Below are positions 1 to 9,873 of a DNA stretch of 64,000 nucleotides, piece after piece. The stretch lies in assembly GCA_040220235.1 (NCBI GenBank), contig JAVJTO010000006.1. One strand, 5' to 3'. Under the pieces are notes generated by a model, which did no database searches, was not told where the DNA came from, and worked only from the letters and a program-made list of their open reading frames with translations. A program made the position numbers and the translations under genes. The first letter of the stretch is position 1. Every line of letters begins with the position of its first letter. Source of the stretch: Coleofasciculus sp. B1-GNL1-01 (GTDB taxonomy: Bacteria > Cyanobacteriota > Cyanobacteriia > Cyanobacteriales > Coleofasciculaceae).

Positions 1-588
1 CAGCGTTGCACTCACCGAAACGCCCAAACGTTCACAGGCTTGCAGAAATAACGCTGGATCAGGTTTACTAAGGTCTGTATCAACCCCTTGTTGTAATTGA
101 ATATAAGGCTCTAACTGGTGACGTTTGACAAAGGCTTGCACTCCTGCTGTGGAAGCCGCCGACAGAATTCCTAATTTTAAACCCGCTTCAGACAGGGATT
201 TGAGGACATCTAAACTCCCTGCAAATAACGGAGAAGTTCCCGCTGCATCCTTGAGATATTGCTCCGCTTCCGCAAAGGCATTACGGGCAATCTCTAGGGA
301 TTCTAACCAACCGCGCCCCGTTTCCGCAATATAAGCCGCTGCTGCGATTTCACTTTCTCGACGGCTACCCACCGCCATCAATCCTGTCGGATCAAGGCTA
401 TCATCCTGAATCCCAAACGCCATCAGCAAGGGTTCACCCACACCAGGAATTTGAGCATCAATCAAGCGCGATCGCTTATAGGCTAATTCTCGCAAAAAGG
501 CTTGTGAGTCTTCTAACGTTCCATCTTTATCAAAAATGATCGCTTCTATATTCGGGAAAGTCACCTCCCGACAGCGAATAGTTACCAA
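1..588 (-). CDS. HAD-family hydrolase (5' part; runs off the left edge)
   Basis: Not in the ORF track. Manual minus-strand translation from TTG at 588 gives (M)VTIRCREVTFPNIEAIIFDKDGTLEDSQ, containing HAD motif I (DxDGT). An AGGAG RBS lies just upstream. Confidence 0.85.
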   Translation of the reverse strand, partial: MVTIRCREVTFPNIEAIIFDKDGTLEDSQAFLRELAYKRSRLIDAQIPGVGEPLLMAFGIQDDSLDPTGLMAVGSRRESEIAAAAYIAETGRGWLESLEIARNAFAEAEQYLKDAAGTSPLFAGSLDVLKSLSEAGLKLGILSAASTAGVQAFVKRHQLEPYIQLQQGVDTDLSKPDPALFLQACERLGVSVSATL

Positions 589-679
589 GGGTTACACTCC
601 TAGAACACGGCGCATCAGCTATTAGAGATTATCTTCCCATGTTGCTGATCATTCGTACAGGAGTGCAGGGAGTACAGGT

Positions 680-741
680 GTAGGGGCGGGTTTTACCGAT
701 AACATTTTGCCACAAACCAATAACGTGACTAAACCCGCCCT
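680..741. repeat. REP/MITE-like element, GTAGGGGCGGGTTT...AAACCCGCCC family
   Basis: Terminal inverted repeats around a ~35-nt spacer. Other copies at 1021-1084, 22878-23036 (two in tandem), 25847-25905, 26563-26626, 30893-30953, 52870-52933 and 55411-55474. Confidence 0.85.
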
Positions 742-789
742 TGGGAAAACATGGGGAGTTACAGCGCTTTGCACTTTAATAAAGTACGG

Positions 790-983
790 TAGATCAAAGT
801 CCCCCTTCAGATCCCCCTCCCGTCCCCCTTTTCGATCCCCCTCCCGTCCCCCTTCAAAAGGGGGAAGCCAAAGGATGCTTCGCTTTTTGTTCCATGGGGA
901 AGCCAAAGGATGCTTCGCTTTTTGTTCCATGGGGAAGCCAGAGGATGCTTCGCTTTTTTTGCTTATGGGATTTAGGGGGATCT
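790..983. repeat. MITE-like element with three tandem 35-bp units
   Basis: GGGGAAGCCAAAGGATGCTTCGCTTTTTGTTCCAT at 861-895 and 896-930, with a degenerate third copy at 931-965. Bounded by AGATCCCCCT...AGGGGGATCT. A related single-unit copy lies at ~56520-56600. Confidence 0.75.
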
Positions 984-1020
984 GACAATGTACCGCATAG
1001 CAGAGCAAACTGCTGTAGTC

Positions 1021-1084
1021 AGGGCGGGTTTTGCACAAACGTTACCATCAATAGTGACAAGAAAATCCCTAAACCCGCCCCTAC
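1021..1084. repeat. REP/MITE-like GGGCGGGTTT...AAACCCGCCCCTAC element
   Basis: Inverted termini; 57/64 identical (manual count) to the copy inside cheA. Confidence 0.85.
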
Positions 1085-1353
1085 AAACCAGGACTCTTGA
1101 GCCAAGCAAAGAGTCTTCCCAGATGTTTAATAGAACATGAAACTGTTTAAGTCTGTCGCAGGCGTTTCTTGATTCACTTGGACGGCTGGAGACATTGAGG
1201 ATGTCGGCGTTAAAATTGCTGTGCCTAATAAAGTTAAAAACCCCACAAATCCTACTAATAATAGTTTAGTGGCTTTGGCGTTCGATGTTCCTTTAGGTGA
1301 TTTTGCTCATGACGCCCAAACCTTTACTGTTGCCTTGCTTACTCCCTTCTGCC

Positions 1354-1932
1354 TTATGCCGTCTTGTACCCCCCAGCATAAGTAATGACACACATATTTT
1401 GATACTGAATATGATAGCCAAAGGCTACACCTGCAACTTGAAAGGCTGAATTAAAGATATTGTTTCGATGACCGCGATCGCGCACCCCATCATCGATAAT
1501 TAATTGCATGATAATGTCATCCGCCCGCGCCACGCCGTAAGTAATATTTTCACCCGCCGTGATCTGCCAACGCCCATACCGATTCAGACGGATAAAAGGA
1601 GTGCTGCGATCGCCACCAATATGCCCAATGTTTCCCGTTTCTCCTTGATCACGAACATGATCCCTCGCTGCTTGTGACATCCCCAGCGATAGTTTTAACG
1701 GCGATAAGGGACGAGTGGATTGGAGAAAATCAATCGCCTCATCAACCGCATTGACACCTTCAATGGTACGTAAAAACACTTGTTGAGAAAGTTTGACTTG
1801 GTTCCCCGAAAACCGCTGTTTCCAGTTATCTAAAAGCGGAATATAAGACATGGGCTGAGTTCGCACTTTATTCGTTTCCTCAATCACTCTCAATTCCAAT
1901 GGCGAGAGAATAATTATCTGTGCTGAATTCAT
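1354..1932 (-). CDS. CAP (SCP/PR-1) domain protein
   Basis: Motifs [22 protein letters not shown] and [17 protein letters not shown] at 1932 preferred over the track start at 2001. Confidence 0.85.
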   Translation of the reverse strand: MNSAQIIILSPLELRVIEETNKVRTQPMSYIPLLDNWKQRFSGNQVKLSQQVFLRTIEGVNAVDEAIDFLQSTRPLSPLKLSLGMSQAARDHVRDQGETGNIGHIGGDRSTPFIRLNRYGRWQITAGENITYGVARADDIIMQLIIDDGVRDRGHRNNIFNSAFQVAGVAFGYHIQYQNMCVITYAGGYKTA

Positions 1933-2078
1933 GATTGATCCTTGGGTGTGGGATATCACATAATTACAATAGACGTATTGGGTTCTGGAAAAACGGCTCA
2001 CGGAAGCTACCCTATCCCTGCTGTCGCCCAGAACATTGATATGTACTCGCCCATTACCAATTTCTCAGGAACAACGCC

Positions 2079-4046
2079 GTGCAAATTCCGCGACTGCACC
2101 CAGACACCATCGCCCAAGTCAAAGAACGAGTAGACATTGTGGATGTCGTCTCGGAGCAAGTTGTGCTGCGAAAGCGGGGTAAAGAGTATGTGGGCTTGTG
2201 TCCCTTCCATGGCGAAAAGACACCCAGTTTTACCGTCAGTCCCAACAAACAAATGTACTACTGCTTCGGCTGTGGTACGGGTGGAACTGCGATTAAATTC
2301 CTCATGGAAGCGGGAAAACAGTCCTTCAGTGAGGTGGTTCTCGATTTAGCTCGGCGCTATCAAATCCGAGTGAAAACCCTGGAACCTGAACAACGTCAGG
2401 AATTACAGCGTCAGCTATCCTTACAGGAGCAACTGTATGAGATTTTGGCACTCGCCGCCTCATTTTATCAGCACGCACTCCGACAACCCCAAGGACAGCA
2501 GGCGCTAGAGTATTTACAATCTCAGCGACATCTGGGTGAGGAAACCCTGCAACAGTTTCAGTTAGGGTATGCGCCGGCGACGTGGGAAACCCTGTACCGT
2601 TATCTGGTGGAACAAAAAGGCAAACCCGTACAACTGGTTAAAGATGCGGGATTAATTTTGCCACGCAAATCAGGAGACGGCTATTATGATCGGTTTCGCG
2701 ATCGCATCATGATTCCGATTCATGATCGTCACGGGCGAGTGATTGGGTTTGGCGGGAGAGCATTGGGGGATGAACTCCCTAAATATCTTAATTCTCCCGA
2801 AACGCCGCTATTTAATAAAGGGAAAACCTTATTTGCTTTAGACAAAGCCTACAACGCGATCGCGGATCAGGATCAAGCCGTAGTTGTGGAAGGTTATTTC
2901 GATGCGATCGCGTTGCATCGGGTAGGGATTCACAACGTCGTCGCCTCCTTGGGGACAGCCTTAAGTCTGGATCAAATGCGCCTACTGCTGCGTTACACCG
3001 AATCCAACCAAATCATCCTCAACTTTGACGCCGACAAAGCCGGAACCACCGCCGCCGAACGCGCGATCGGAGAAATTGCCGACTTAGCCTACAAAGGACA
3101 AGTCCAACTGCGGATACTTAACCTCCCGGATGGTAAAGACGCCGACGAATTCCTCACCCATACCCCCGATGGGACAGAACAATACCAACAGCTACTCCAA
3201 AACGCGCCCTTATGGTTACATTGGCAGATTGATCAACTGATAATTGGAAAAGATCTCAAGCAAGCCCACCAATTTAAACAAGTTGCTCAGAAAATCGTCA
3301 AATTGCTGTACAAATTAGAGGACGTTAATCAACAAAGTTATTACATCAACTACTGTGCCGAAAAACTGAGTCTAGGAGAAAGCCAAATGATTCCTCGACT
3401 CGTCCAAGCGTTACAGACGCAACTGAATAAATTACGCATCACTCCAATCAAAAAAGATGACAAGTCTAATCTAAAGCAGCAAAACTTACCCATTTCGATT
3501 GACTTATCCATTAGTCAAGAACACAGTCTACTCGAAGAAGCGGAAGCCTTACTCTTACGAATTTATTTGCATCGTCCCGAATATCGCCAGACCATTATCG
3601 ACATTTTAGAGGCAAAGGATTTGTTGTTTAGTCTTGCTCCTCACCGATTTTTGTGGCAGCAAATCTTAGACGTGCAATCTGTCGCGCAATCTATCCTATT
3701 ACAGCATCCTGAAAAGCTAATTTCCCTGTTACAAGACCGCAGTATCCAGTTTCCAGAGGAAATGGTTCTGGTGGAACATTTATTCCACTTAAATGAGAAG
3801 CGTAGTCAAGATCTTACTCGCACTCCCTTAGCCATTCGCACCGCTGCTGCTTGTTTAGAAGTCGTGACGTGGAACAAACACAAGCGATATTGTATAGAAC
3901 AATGGCAAAAGCTAAATTTCGCTACTGACCCAAAACGTAAGGAATACTATTCTCAAGGAATTCGGGAAGCCTATAAACGCTTGCAAGAGTTACAGAAAAT
4001 CCGTCAAACTAATATCTTAGACATCCATCAATTTGCCCCCATATAG
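2079..4046 (+). CDS. dnaG: DNA primase
   Basis: Zinc finger CPFH...CFGC, KYLNSPET, and TOPRIM motifs VEGYFD and FDADKAG. Confidence 0.97.
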   Translation: MQIPRLHPDTIAQVKERVDIVDVVSEQVVLRKRGKEYVGLCPFHGEKTPSFTVSPNKQMYYCFGCGTGGTAIKFLMEAGKQSFSEVVLDLARRYQIRVKTLEPEQRQELQRQLSLQEQLYEILALAASFYQHALRQPQGQQALEYLQSQRHLGEETLQQFQLGYAPATWETLYRYLVEQKGKPVQLVKDAGLILPRKSGDGYYDRFRDRIMIPIHDRHGRVIGFGGRALGDELPKYLNSPETPLFNKGKTLFALDKAYNAIADQDQAVVVEGYFDAIALHRVGIHNVVASLGTALSLDQMRLLLRYTESNQIILNFDADKAGTTAAERAIGEIADLAYKGQVQLRILNLPDGKDADEFLTHTPDGTEQYQQLLQNAPLWLHWQIDQLIIGKDLKQAHQFKQVAQKIVKLLYKLEDVNQQSYYINYCAEKLSLGESQMIPRLVQALQTQLNKLRITPIKKDDKSNLKQQNLPISIDLSISQEHSLLEEAEALLLRIYLHRPEYRQTIIDILEAKDLLFSLAPHRFLWQQILDVQSVAQSILLQHPEKLISLLQDRSIQFPEEMVLVEHLFHLNEKRSQDLTRTPLAIRTAAACLEVVTWNKHKRYCIEQWQKLNFATDPKRKEYYSQGIREAYKRLQELQKIRQTNILDIHQFAPI

Positions 4047-4080
4047 TTAGGGCTTGCTGAATAAGTTGTGGTTGTGGGTG

Positions 4081-4147
4081 GAGCTGGGGGAGCAGGGGAA
4101 GCTGGGGAAGCTGGGGAAGCTGGGGAAGCTGGGGGAGCTGGGGGAGC
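4081..4147. repeat. 9-bp tandem repeat (GCTGGGGAA/GCTGGGGGA)
   Basis: About 7 units. Same family as 16885-17160, 31139-31181, 54207-54311 and 57478-57520. Confidence 0.9.
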
Positions 4148-4262
4148 AATGGTACATTTTTTCTGATTCCAATCGCCACAAACACCGAATTGGATGAATT
4201 AACCTTACCCCCAGAATCCGTAGGGGCGCAAAGCTTTGCGCCCAATTTATAGTGCTACGCGC

Positions 4263-4292
4263 CAGGCAATAGGCAATAGGCAATAGGCAATA
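4263..4292. repeat. STRR heptamer (AGGCAAT)n
   Basis: Four tandem units; the motif recurs near 4417 and 6905. Confidence 0.85.
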
Positions 4293-4537
4293 AGCTGTTC
4301 GGCATTTAAACCTTAATGTCAATAATGGCGAAATCCTTGCCGTAGTGCGAGCATCTTGCTCGCTACATTGAGCATCTTGCTCGCTACCCATTCCCAATTT
4401 AAATGCATAACAGCTTAGGCAATAGGCAATAGTAAATAAAAACGCTTACCTGACAAGGGATTGAGCGATTTTAATTTTTCTTGATATGTCCTAACTAGAG
4501 TGCGTAGTGCTATAATGCTAAGCTCTAGTCTTAACAG

Positions 4538-5035
4538 TTAAAAACAGAACAAAGTATCGCGAGTTTGCCGACCTGTGGTAGGGTTTTTGCCGATAGCAAT
4601 TTGACACAATTGTTCTTCGGCTTTGGGATCAAGAAAAGCATCGGTAAAATCAGCCCCTTCAATTATCGCGCCATCAAACTGAGCATTGAAAGCGTAGGCA
4701 CTTTCAAGCACAGCATTCTTCAAATTAGCACCATTCAAACGCGCTTTGTCTAACGTTGAGTAACTGAGATTTGCCCCTTCCAAATTCGCCAATTTCAGAT
4801 TTGCCCCAAAAAAACTAACTCCCTGCAAATCCGCATGGCTAAAATTACTTTCCCGCAAATCCGCCTGGTTAAAACTGGCATCAGTCAGCACGCGATCGGA
4901 AAAATCTGAATTAACCAAATATTCTTTGTTATAATCCACAGCCAAAGCCGGGGCAGCGTGAAGCATCGCTAGGGTAAAAGGACTACCGATAAAAATTAAG
5001 AAGCTAGCTATCCCAACTAAAATGAATCTGAACAT
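4538..5035 (-). CDS. Pentapeptide-repeat protein with signal peptide
   Basis: A(D/N)LXX repeats, hydrophobic N-terminus, and C-terminal C...NPTTGRQTRDTLFC typical of cyanobacterial lumenal pentapeptide proteins. Confidence 0.9.
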   Translation of the reverse strand: MFRFILVGIASFLIFIGSPFTLAMLHAAPALAVDYNKEYLVNSDFSDRVLTDASFNQADLRESNFSHADLQGVSFFGANLKLANLEGANLSYSTLDKARLNGANLKNAVLESAYAFNAQFDGAIIEGADFTDAFLDPKAEEQLCQIAIGKNPTTGRQTRDTLFCF

Positions 5036-5279
5036 AATTTGTAAAATCTGTAGATGTTTCTGACCAATTATATAAGGAGTCGTACTTTCATTAAAGTTAA
5101 CGATTGAGATTAGGCAACAGGCAACAGTAAGGGTTTGAGGGTTGTTAACATTTCTTAGTAAAGGGTACAGAATTTATGTCCTGGCACTTAATCATCCTAC
5201 CATTGACAGTTTCTCGATGAGTGAGTATGACAAATGACAAATGACGTAGCTTGCTTCTCGATAAAAGCGAGTATGACAA

Positions 5280-5813
5280 ATGACAAATGCAAAAGGACAA
5301 CTAGGAGAACAACTCGTTGCCACCTGGTTACAAGCCCAAGGTTGGACTATTTTACATCACCGATGGCACTGTCGCTGGGGAGAAATCGACCTGATTGCCT
5401 ATCGGGATGGAGAAGTCAAGGAAAATCCTGTCTCCAATCTGGATATAAACTTCCAATTTCATCCCTCTACCCCCTTGCCAGCAAACGCGGAGTCACCTAT
5501 CTTAGCCTTTGTCGAGGTGAAAACTCGCAGTCGAGGGAATTGGGATGCTGATGGTCAATTGGCGATTACATCCTCTAAGCAAGCCAAAATTTGGCGAACA
5601 GCCGAACTATTTTTAGCAGAAAATCCCGATTTAAGTGATCTTCCTTGTCGGTTTGATGTTGCCCTTGTTCGCTATCACCGTATCTGTAAAAACCCACGCC
5701 CTGTTAATACTAGGAATGTTTTGCCGACTTCAGCCCCTCAATTTGGTGAACCGTTTATTCTTGGAGGATATGAGCTTATCCTACAAAACTATATCGAATC
5801 CGCTTTCTGTTGA
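5280..5813 (+). CDS. yraN: YraN/UPF0102 family PD-(D/E)XK nuclease-like protein
   Basis: Motifs G.LGE, GEIDLI, FVEVKTR and RFDV. Confidence 0.9.
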   Translation: MTNAKGQLGEQLVATWLQAQGWTILHHRWHCRWGEIDLIAYRDGEVKENPVSNLDINFQFHPSTPLPANAESPILAFVEVKTRSRGNWDADGQLAITSSKQAKIWRTAELFLAENPDLSDLPCRFDVALVRYHRICKNPRPVNTRNVLPTSAPQFGEPFILGGYELILQNYIESAFC

Positions 5814-5985
5814 CGAAGGGCAGGTTTTGTTGTAGCGAAGTTCGAGTTCCCTCCCCTTGTCAAGGGGAGGGTTAGGGAGGGGTCAAATCAAGCGATTGAA
5901 GATGTTTGAGCTTAAATTGACCTGGTAATTAAGGAAGAGGTAATTGGTGATTAGGAAGTAGGAAATTCTCCCCCATCCCAATGCA

Positions 5986-6774
5986 TCACGCCGATTTCAT
6001 CGTTGTCATCGGTTCGGGTAAGGTTAGAATCTCTACCCCATCTGACGTAACTGCTATAGTATGCTCAAACTGAGCCGAAAGCTTACGATCCTTTGTCAGC
6101 GCTGTCCACTTATCCGCCATAATTTCCACTTCCCACGTTCCTTCATTAATCATGGGTTCAATGGTGAACACCATCCCGGAACGCAGACGCTTTCCTTTAC
6201 CGCGAGTACCATAGTGAGGCACCTGGGGAGCCGTATGAAAGATTCGATTAACGCCGTGTCCGACAAAATCCCGCACCACAGAAAAACCATTAGCTTCGGC
6301 GTATTCCTGAATAGCCGCCCCAATATCACCAATGCGGTTTCCCGGTTTCACGGCGGCGATTCCCCGCATCATACAGTCGTAGGTGACTTCAACCAGTTTT
6401 TTGGCGGTGGGTGAAGGTGTACCGACAAAAAAGGTTCGGGACGTATCCCCGTGAAATCCATCCACAATCGGGGTTACATCAATATTGATAATGTCCCCAT
6501 CCTTGAGAATTTGTTTAGCATTGGGGATACCGTGACAGACGACTTCATTAATACTGGTACAAATTGACTTAGGAAAGTCATGATAACCGAGGGGAGCGCT
6601 TTTGGCTCCATGTTCCTGAGTCCAGCGCTCGGCTTCATCATTGAGTTCCAAGGTACTGACTCCTGGCTGAATCATGGGTTCAAGGTGATCCAGGAGCTTG
6701 GCGGCTAAACGTCCAGCTTGACGCATTTTCTCAATTTCTCGGCTCGATAGGAGAACGATTCTTTCTGGTGCCAT
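5986..6774 (-). CDS. map: Type I methionine aminopeptidase
   Basis: Motifs SINEVVCHGIP, GDTSRT, GHG, TIEPM and SAQFEHT. Confidence 0.97.
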   Translation of the reverse strand: MAPERIVLLSSREIEKMRQAGRLAAKLLDHLEPMIQPGVSTLELNDEAERWTQEHGAKSAPLGYHDFPKSICTSINEVVCHGIPNAKQILKDGDIINIDVTPIVDGFHGDTSRTFFVGTPSPTAKKLVEVTYDCMMRGIAAVKPGNRIGDIGAAIQEYAEANGFSVVRDFVGHGVNRIFHTAPQVPHYGTRGKGKRLRSGMVFTIEPMINEGTWEVEIMADKWTALTKDRKLSAQFEHTIAVTSDGVEILTLPEPMTTMKSA

Positions 6775-7726
6775 GACTATTTATGCGGTTATTTCCCTAA
6801 TCAACGAGGGTGTATCTATGTGAGTCTTTCTTCACTTTACTGCGAACTCTTGCCTCTTCCCCACTGCTGTTGAATTTCGTTATTGGTTATAGCGCTACGC
6901 GCTCGGCAATAGGCAATAGGCAACACCTCAACCCTTCGACAGGCTCAGGGCATCGCTTACCTCGATGGTCAGTGAGCCTGGTCGAACTGCGCTCGGTAAC
7001 ACGCTCGGTGTGGAATATGCAATAGGTTAATGGGTTATAGAAATTTTGTCTCCCCTGCTCCCCCTGCTCCCAGACGTAGCATGCTACGTCTCTACATTGC
7101 TCCCCTGCTTCCAGACGCGCCATGGCACGTCTCTACATTGCTCCCCTTCTGCCTTCTTCATCAACTCTTTACATGAGAATTCAGAAATTTCCCAATTCTT
7201 TAGTGAAGTGTGGCTTAAAATAATAAATAGGTCGTTATACTCATTCAAATCAATCAAAATGACAATCTGGGTAAATGTCGGAGAACGCTCAAACTAAGCC
7301 AAATTAGCTTTATGAAAAAGTTAATTTTATTCTCAATACTACTATCAGTGAGTTCTCGTAATTTCCCATTAATCCTAATATAAAGTTACAGTGTTTTTGA
7401 AGTCATTTTATCTGGTAGGGTGGGGGAATGCTCGGCTAAGACACATTTAAATTAACTATTGCCTGTTCTTTGTATCCCTTTACTAAAATCTGGGTAGGTC
7501 GTTTAAATCCACAGCCGCTCAGTAACATCAACAGTCTCTTACTATATCTGTTGAATAAAGATTAAATGCCAATCAATTTCTAAAGTGTAATTTGTCGCTT
7601 TGGAGGCAAAATCGAGTAGGTTCAAGGTCTGCTCTGGTTAACAACGTCGCAATTTCAACAAAATATTATTCCTTAACTATCTACCACTAATCATCAGAGA
7701 TAATAGCCCGGTTTTTTTGAGGTGCC

Positions 7727-8230
7727 ATGACAGAGCTAGCCCTAATCCGCAAACCCATTATTCAACCCACTGAAATCCTGAGTCAGTTACAGACAGGACA
7801 ACTCCTCAGGGTGAATAGTACTCGTGGTAATGCATTAATCATAATGCACCGTCATCATGCAGAACTAGCGGGTTCTGGTGCTGCCGTTGGTGGGCTTTTT
7901 GATGCGGATTGTACGCGAGTTGTTCCCATTGGTTCGCTTTCGTTAGTCTATCCTGAATCACGGTACGAACGCCAGAAAGCGTATCAATTACGGCAGCGCT
8001 GGATCTTGTTTACCCAACATGCCATGACCACTTATGTGCCACTACACCGTGCCAGAATCTTATTACGTTTACTCTATCAATATTTCGACGCCCAGCTTAT
8101 TGATGAACTCTCTGATGACGTGATTGCTCAGTTAGTTGGAGTTTTGCCAAAAACAATTAGTATAGTTCGTCGATCGCGAATGTCACCGACTCACCAGAAA
8201 CCCCAGACGAGGAAATCCGTAGGGGTTTGA
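7727..8230 (+). CDS. Cyanobacterial hypothetical protein, possible degenerate Crp-like HTH regulator
   Basis: C-terminal IAQLVGVLPKTI resembles a Crp-type HTH; GAGGT RBS upstream of the ATG. Confidence 0.6.
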   Translation: MTELALIRKPIIQPTEILSQLQTGQLLRVNSTRGNALIIMHRHHAELAGSGAAVGGLFDADCTRVVPIGSLSLVYPESRYERQKAYQLRQRWILFTQHAMTTYVPLHRARILLRLLYQYFDAQLIDELSDDVIAQLVGVLPKTISIVRRSRMSPTHQKPQTRKSVGV

Positions 8231-8365
8231 CTCAATGAACAGTCATTAGGTTACTAGGGGCGATAATCAACTTGCCGCCCTTAGTGCTTCTTAGGGTAAA
8301 AGGTTCTCTAAATCCCATAAAACTGGTATAGTTTAAAATAATCTTTTAAAATCTGTCCGTTAATT

Positions 8366-9748
8366 ATGAAATCCGTTAACGAGTTAAAAACTCCTGGTTT
8401 CTGGCAAAAGCTACGATGGGTTTTTGATCCGGTAGGTTATCTGGAGAGTGCTGCCCAGCGTCATCCTGACCTGTTCACGGCTCGGATTAGCTCGGAAGCC
8501 TCCTTTATTTTTGTCTACCATCCCCAAGCCTTACAGCAAATTTTAATCAATGATAGAAAGAAGTTAACGGCTCCCGGTCATTTGAATACATTAATACAAC
8601 CTTTAGTCGGTCAATACTCTCTACTTCTGTTAGACGGGGAAAGCCACAAACGAGAGCGAAAACTTTTGATGCCTTCATTTCATGGCGATCGCATGCATGT
8701 TTATGGAACGTTAATTGATCAACTCACAGAGCAAGTGATCAATCAACTTCCCCTGAATCAACCCTTTAAAGCCCTTGATGTTACCCAAATGATCACCATA
8801 AAGGTAATTATACAAGTGGTATTTGGACTCTATGACGGAGAACGCTGTGAACAGATTATCCAAAAATCTCGGAGTTTACTCAATTTCCTGAATTCTCCCT
8901 TAACTGCCAGTTTGCTATTTTTTTCATCCCTGCAAAAAGATTGGGGGGTATGGAGTCCTTGGGGATACTTTTTATACTTGCGAAAGCAACTGGATGATTT
9001 GCTTTATGCTGAAATTAGCGAACGTCGTCAAAACCCTGATCCAAATCGAACGGATATCCTTTCCCTACTCATATCGGTTCGAGATGAAGCGGGTCAAGGC
9101 ATGACGGATCAAGAGTTGCGCGATGAATTGCTGACATTTTTGTTAGCGGGTCATGATACAACAGCACTGGCAATGGCTTGGGGATTGTATTGGATTCATC
9201 GTTACCCTGAAGTTCGAGAAAAACTAATTCAGGAGTTGAATAGCTTAGGCGATACACCTGATCCTCTAAGGATTTTCCGACTCCCTTATTTGACGGCTGT
9301 GTGTAATGAAACGCTACGGATTCATTCCATTGCGATGTTAAGTTTTCCCAGGGTAGTACAAGAACCGATTGAGTTATTCGGACATCAGTTAGATACAGGG
9401 ACAATACTTATGGGTTGTTTTTATCTTACCCATCAGCGTGAGGATCTCTATCCCCAACCGAAAACCTTTAAGCCAGAACGATTTCTAGAACGCCAGTTTT
9501 CTTCCTCTGAATTTATCCCCTTTGGTAGTGGAACCCGTCGTTGTATGGGTGAGGCGTTAGCCCAGTTTGAACTCAAGTTAGCGTTAGCCAAAATTGTGTC
9601 ATCCTACGAATTGGAATTAGCGGAAAATCGACCCGTAAAACCCCAACGTCGAGGTGTTGTATTGGCACCTAAAGGGGGTGTAAAAATGATCCTCAAGGGT
9701 AAACGTGCTTCTCAAAATGAGAAGAACGCTTCCTTGAGTTTTGCATAA
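8366..9748 (+). CDS. Cytochrome P450 (CYP110-like)
   Basis: I-helix AGHDTT, ExxR (ETLR), PERF and heme motif FGSGTRRCMG. Confidence 0.95.
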   Translation: MKSVNELKTPGFWQKLRWVFDPVGYLESAAQRHPDLFTARISSEASFIFVYHPQALQQILINDRKKLTAPGHLNTLIQPLVGQYSLLLLDGESHKRERKLLMPSFHGDRMHVYGTLIDQLTEQVINQLPLNQPFKALDVTQMITIKVIIQVVFGLYDGERCEQIIQKSRSLLNFLNSPLTASLLFFSSLQKDWGVWSPWGYFLYLRKQLDDLLYAEISERRQNPDPNRTDILSLLISVRDEAGQGMTDQELRDELLTFLLAGHDTTALAMAWGLYWIHRYPEVREKLIQELNSLGDTPDPLRIFRLPYLTAVCNETLRIHSIAMLSFPRVVQEPIELFGHQLDTGTILMGCFYLTHQREDLYPQPKTFKPERFLERQFSSSEFIPFGSGTRRCMGEALAQFELKLALAKIVSSYELELAENRPVKPQRRGVVLAPKGGVKMILKGKRASQNEKNASLSFA

Positions 9749-9832
9749 ATGCCACTGAATTAAGGCTAATGGGTAGTGCCTACCCTAGGATATATAGCAG
9801 ATTTCAGGTTGATGAGGTACAGTCTCTAAGCA

Positions 9833-9865
9833 AGATCCCCGACTTCTTCAAGAAGTCGGGGATCT
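9833..9865. repeat. 33-bp palindrome AGATCCCCGACTTCTT-C-AAGAAGTCGGGGATCT; likely bidirectional terminator or REP
   Basis: Perfect 16-bp arms between convergent genes; near-identical copy at 15134-15166. Confidence 0.8.
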
Positions 9866-9873
9866 GTCTATGC

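Noticed and set aside
861..965. 35-bp direct repeats resembling a CRISPR array
   Set aside because: Units are head-to-tail with no spacers, no cas genes are present, and the same unit occurs singly inside a MITE-like element near 56.5 kb.
649..1100. ORFs 649-1038, 707-985 and 894-1100
   Set aside because: Composed largely of repeat elements, with no protein-family motifs.
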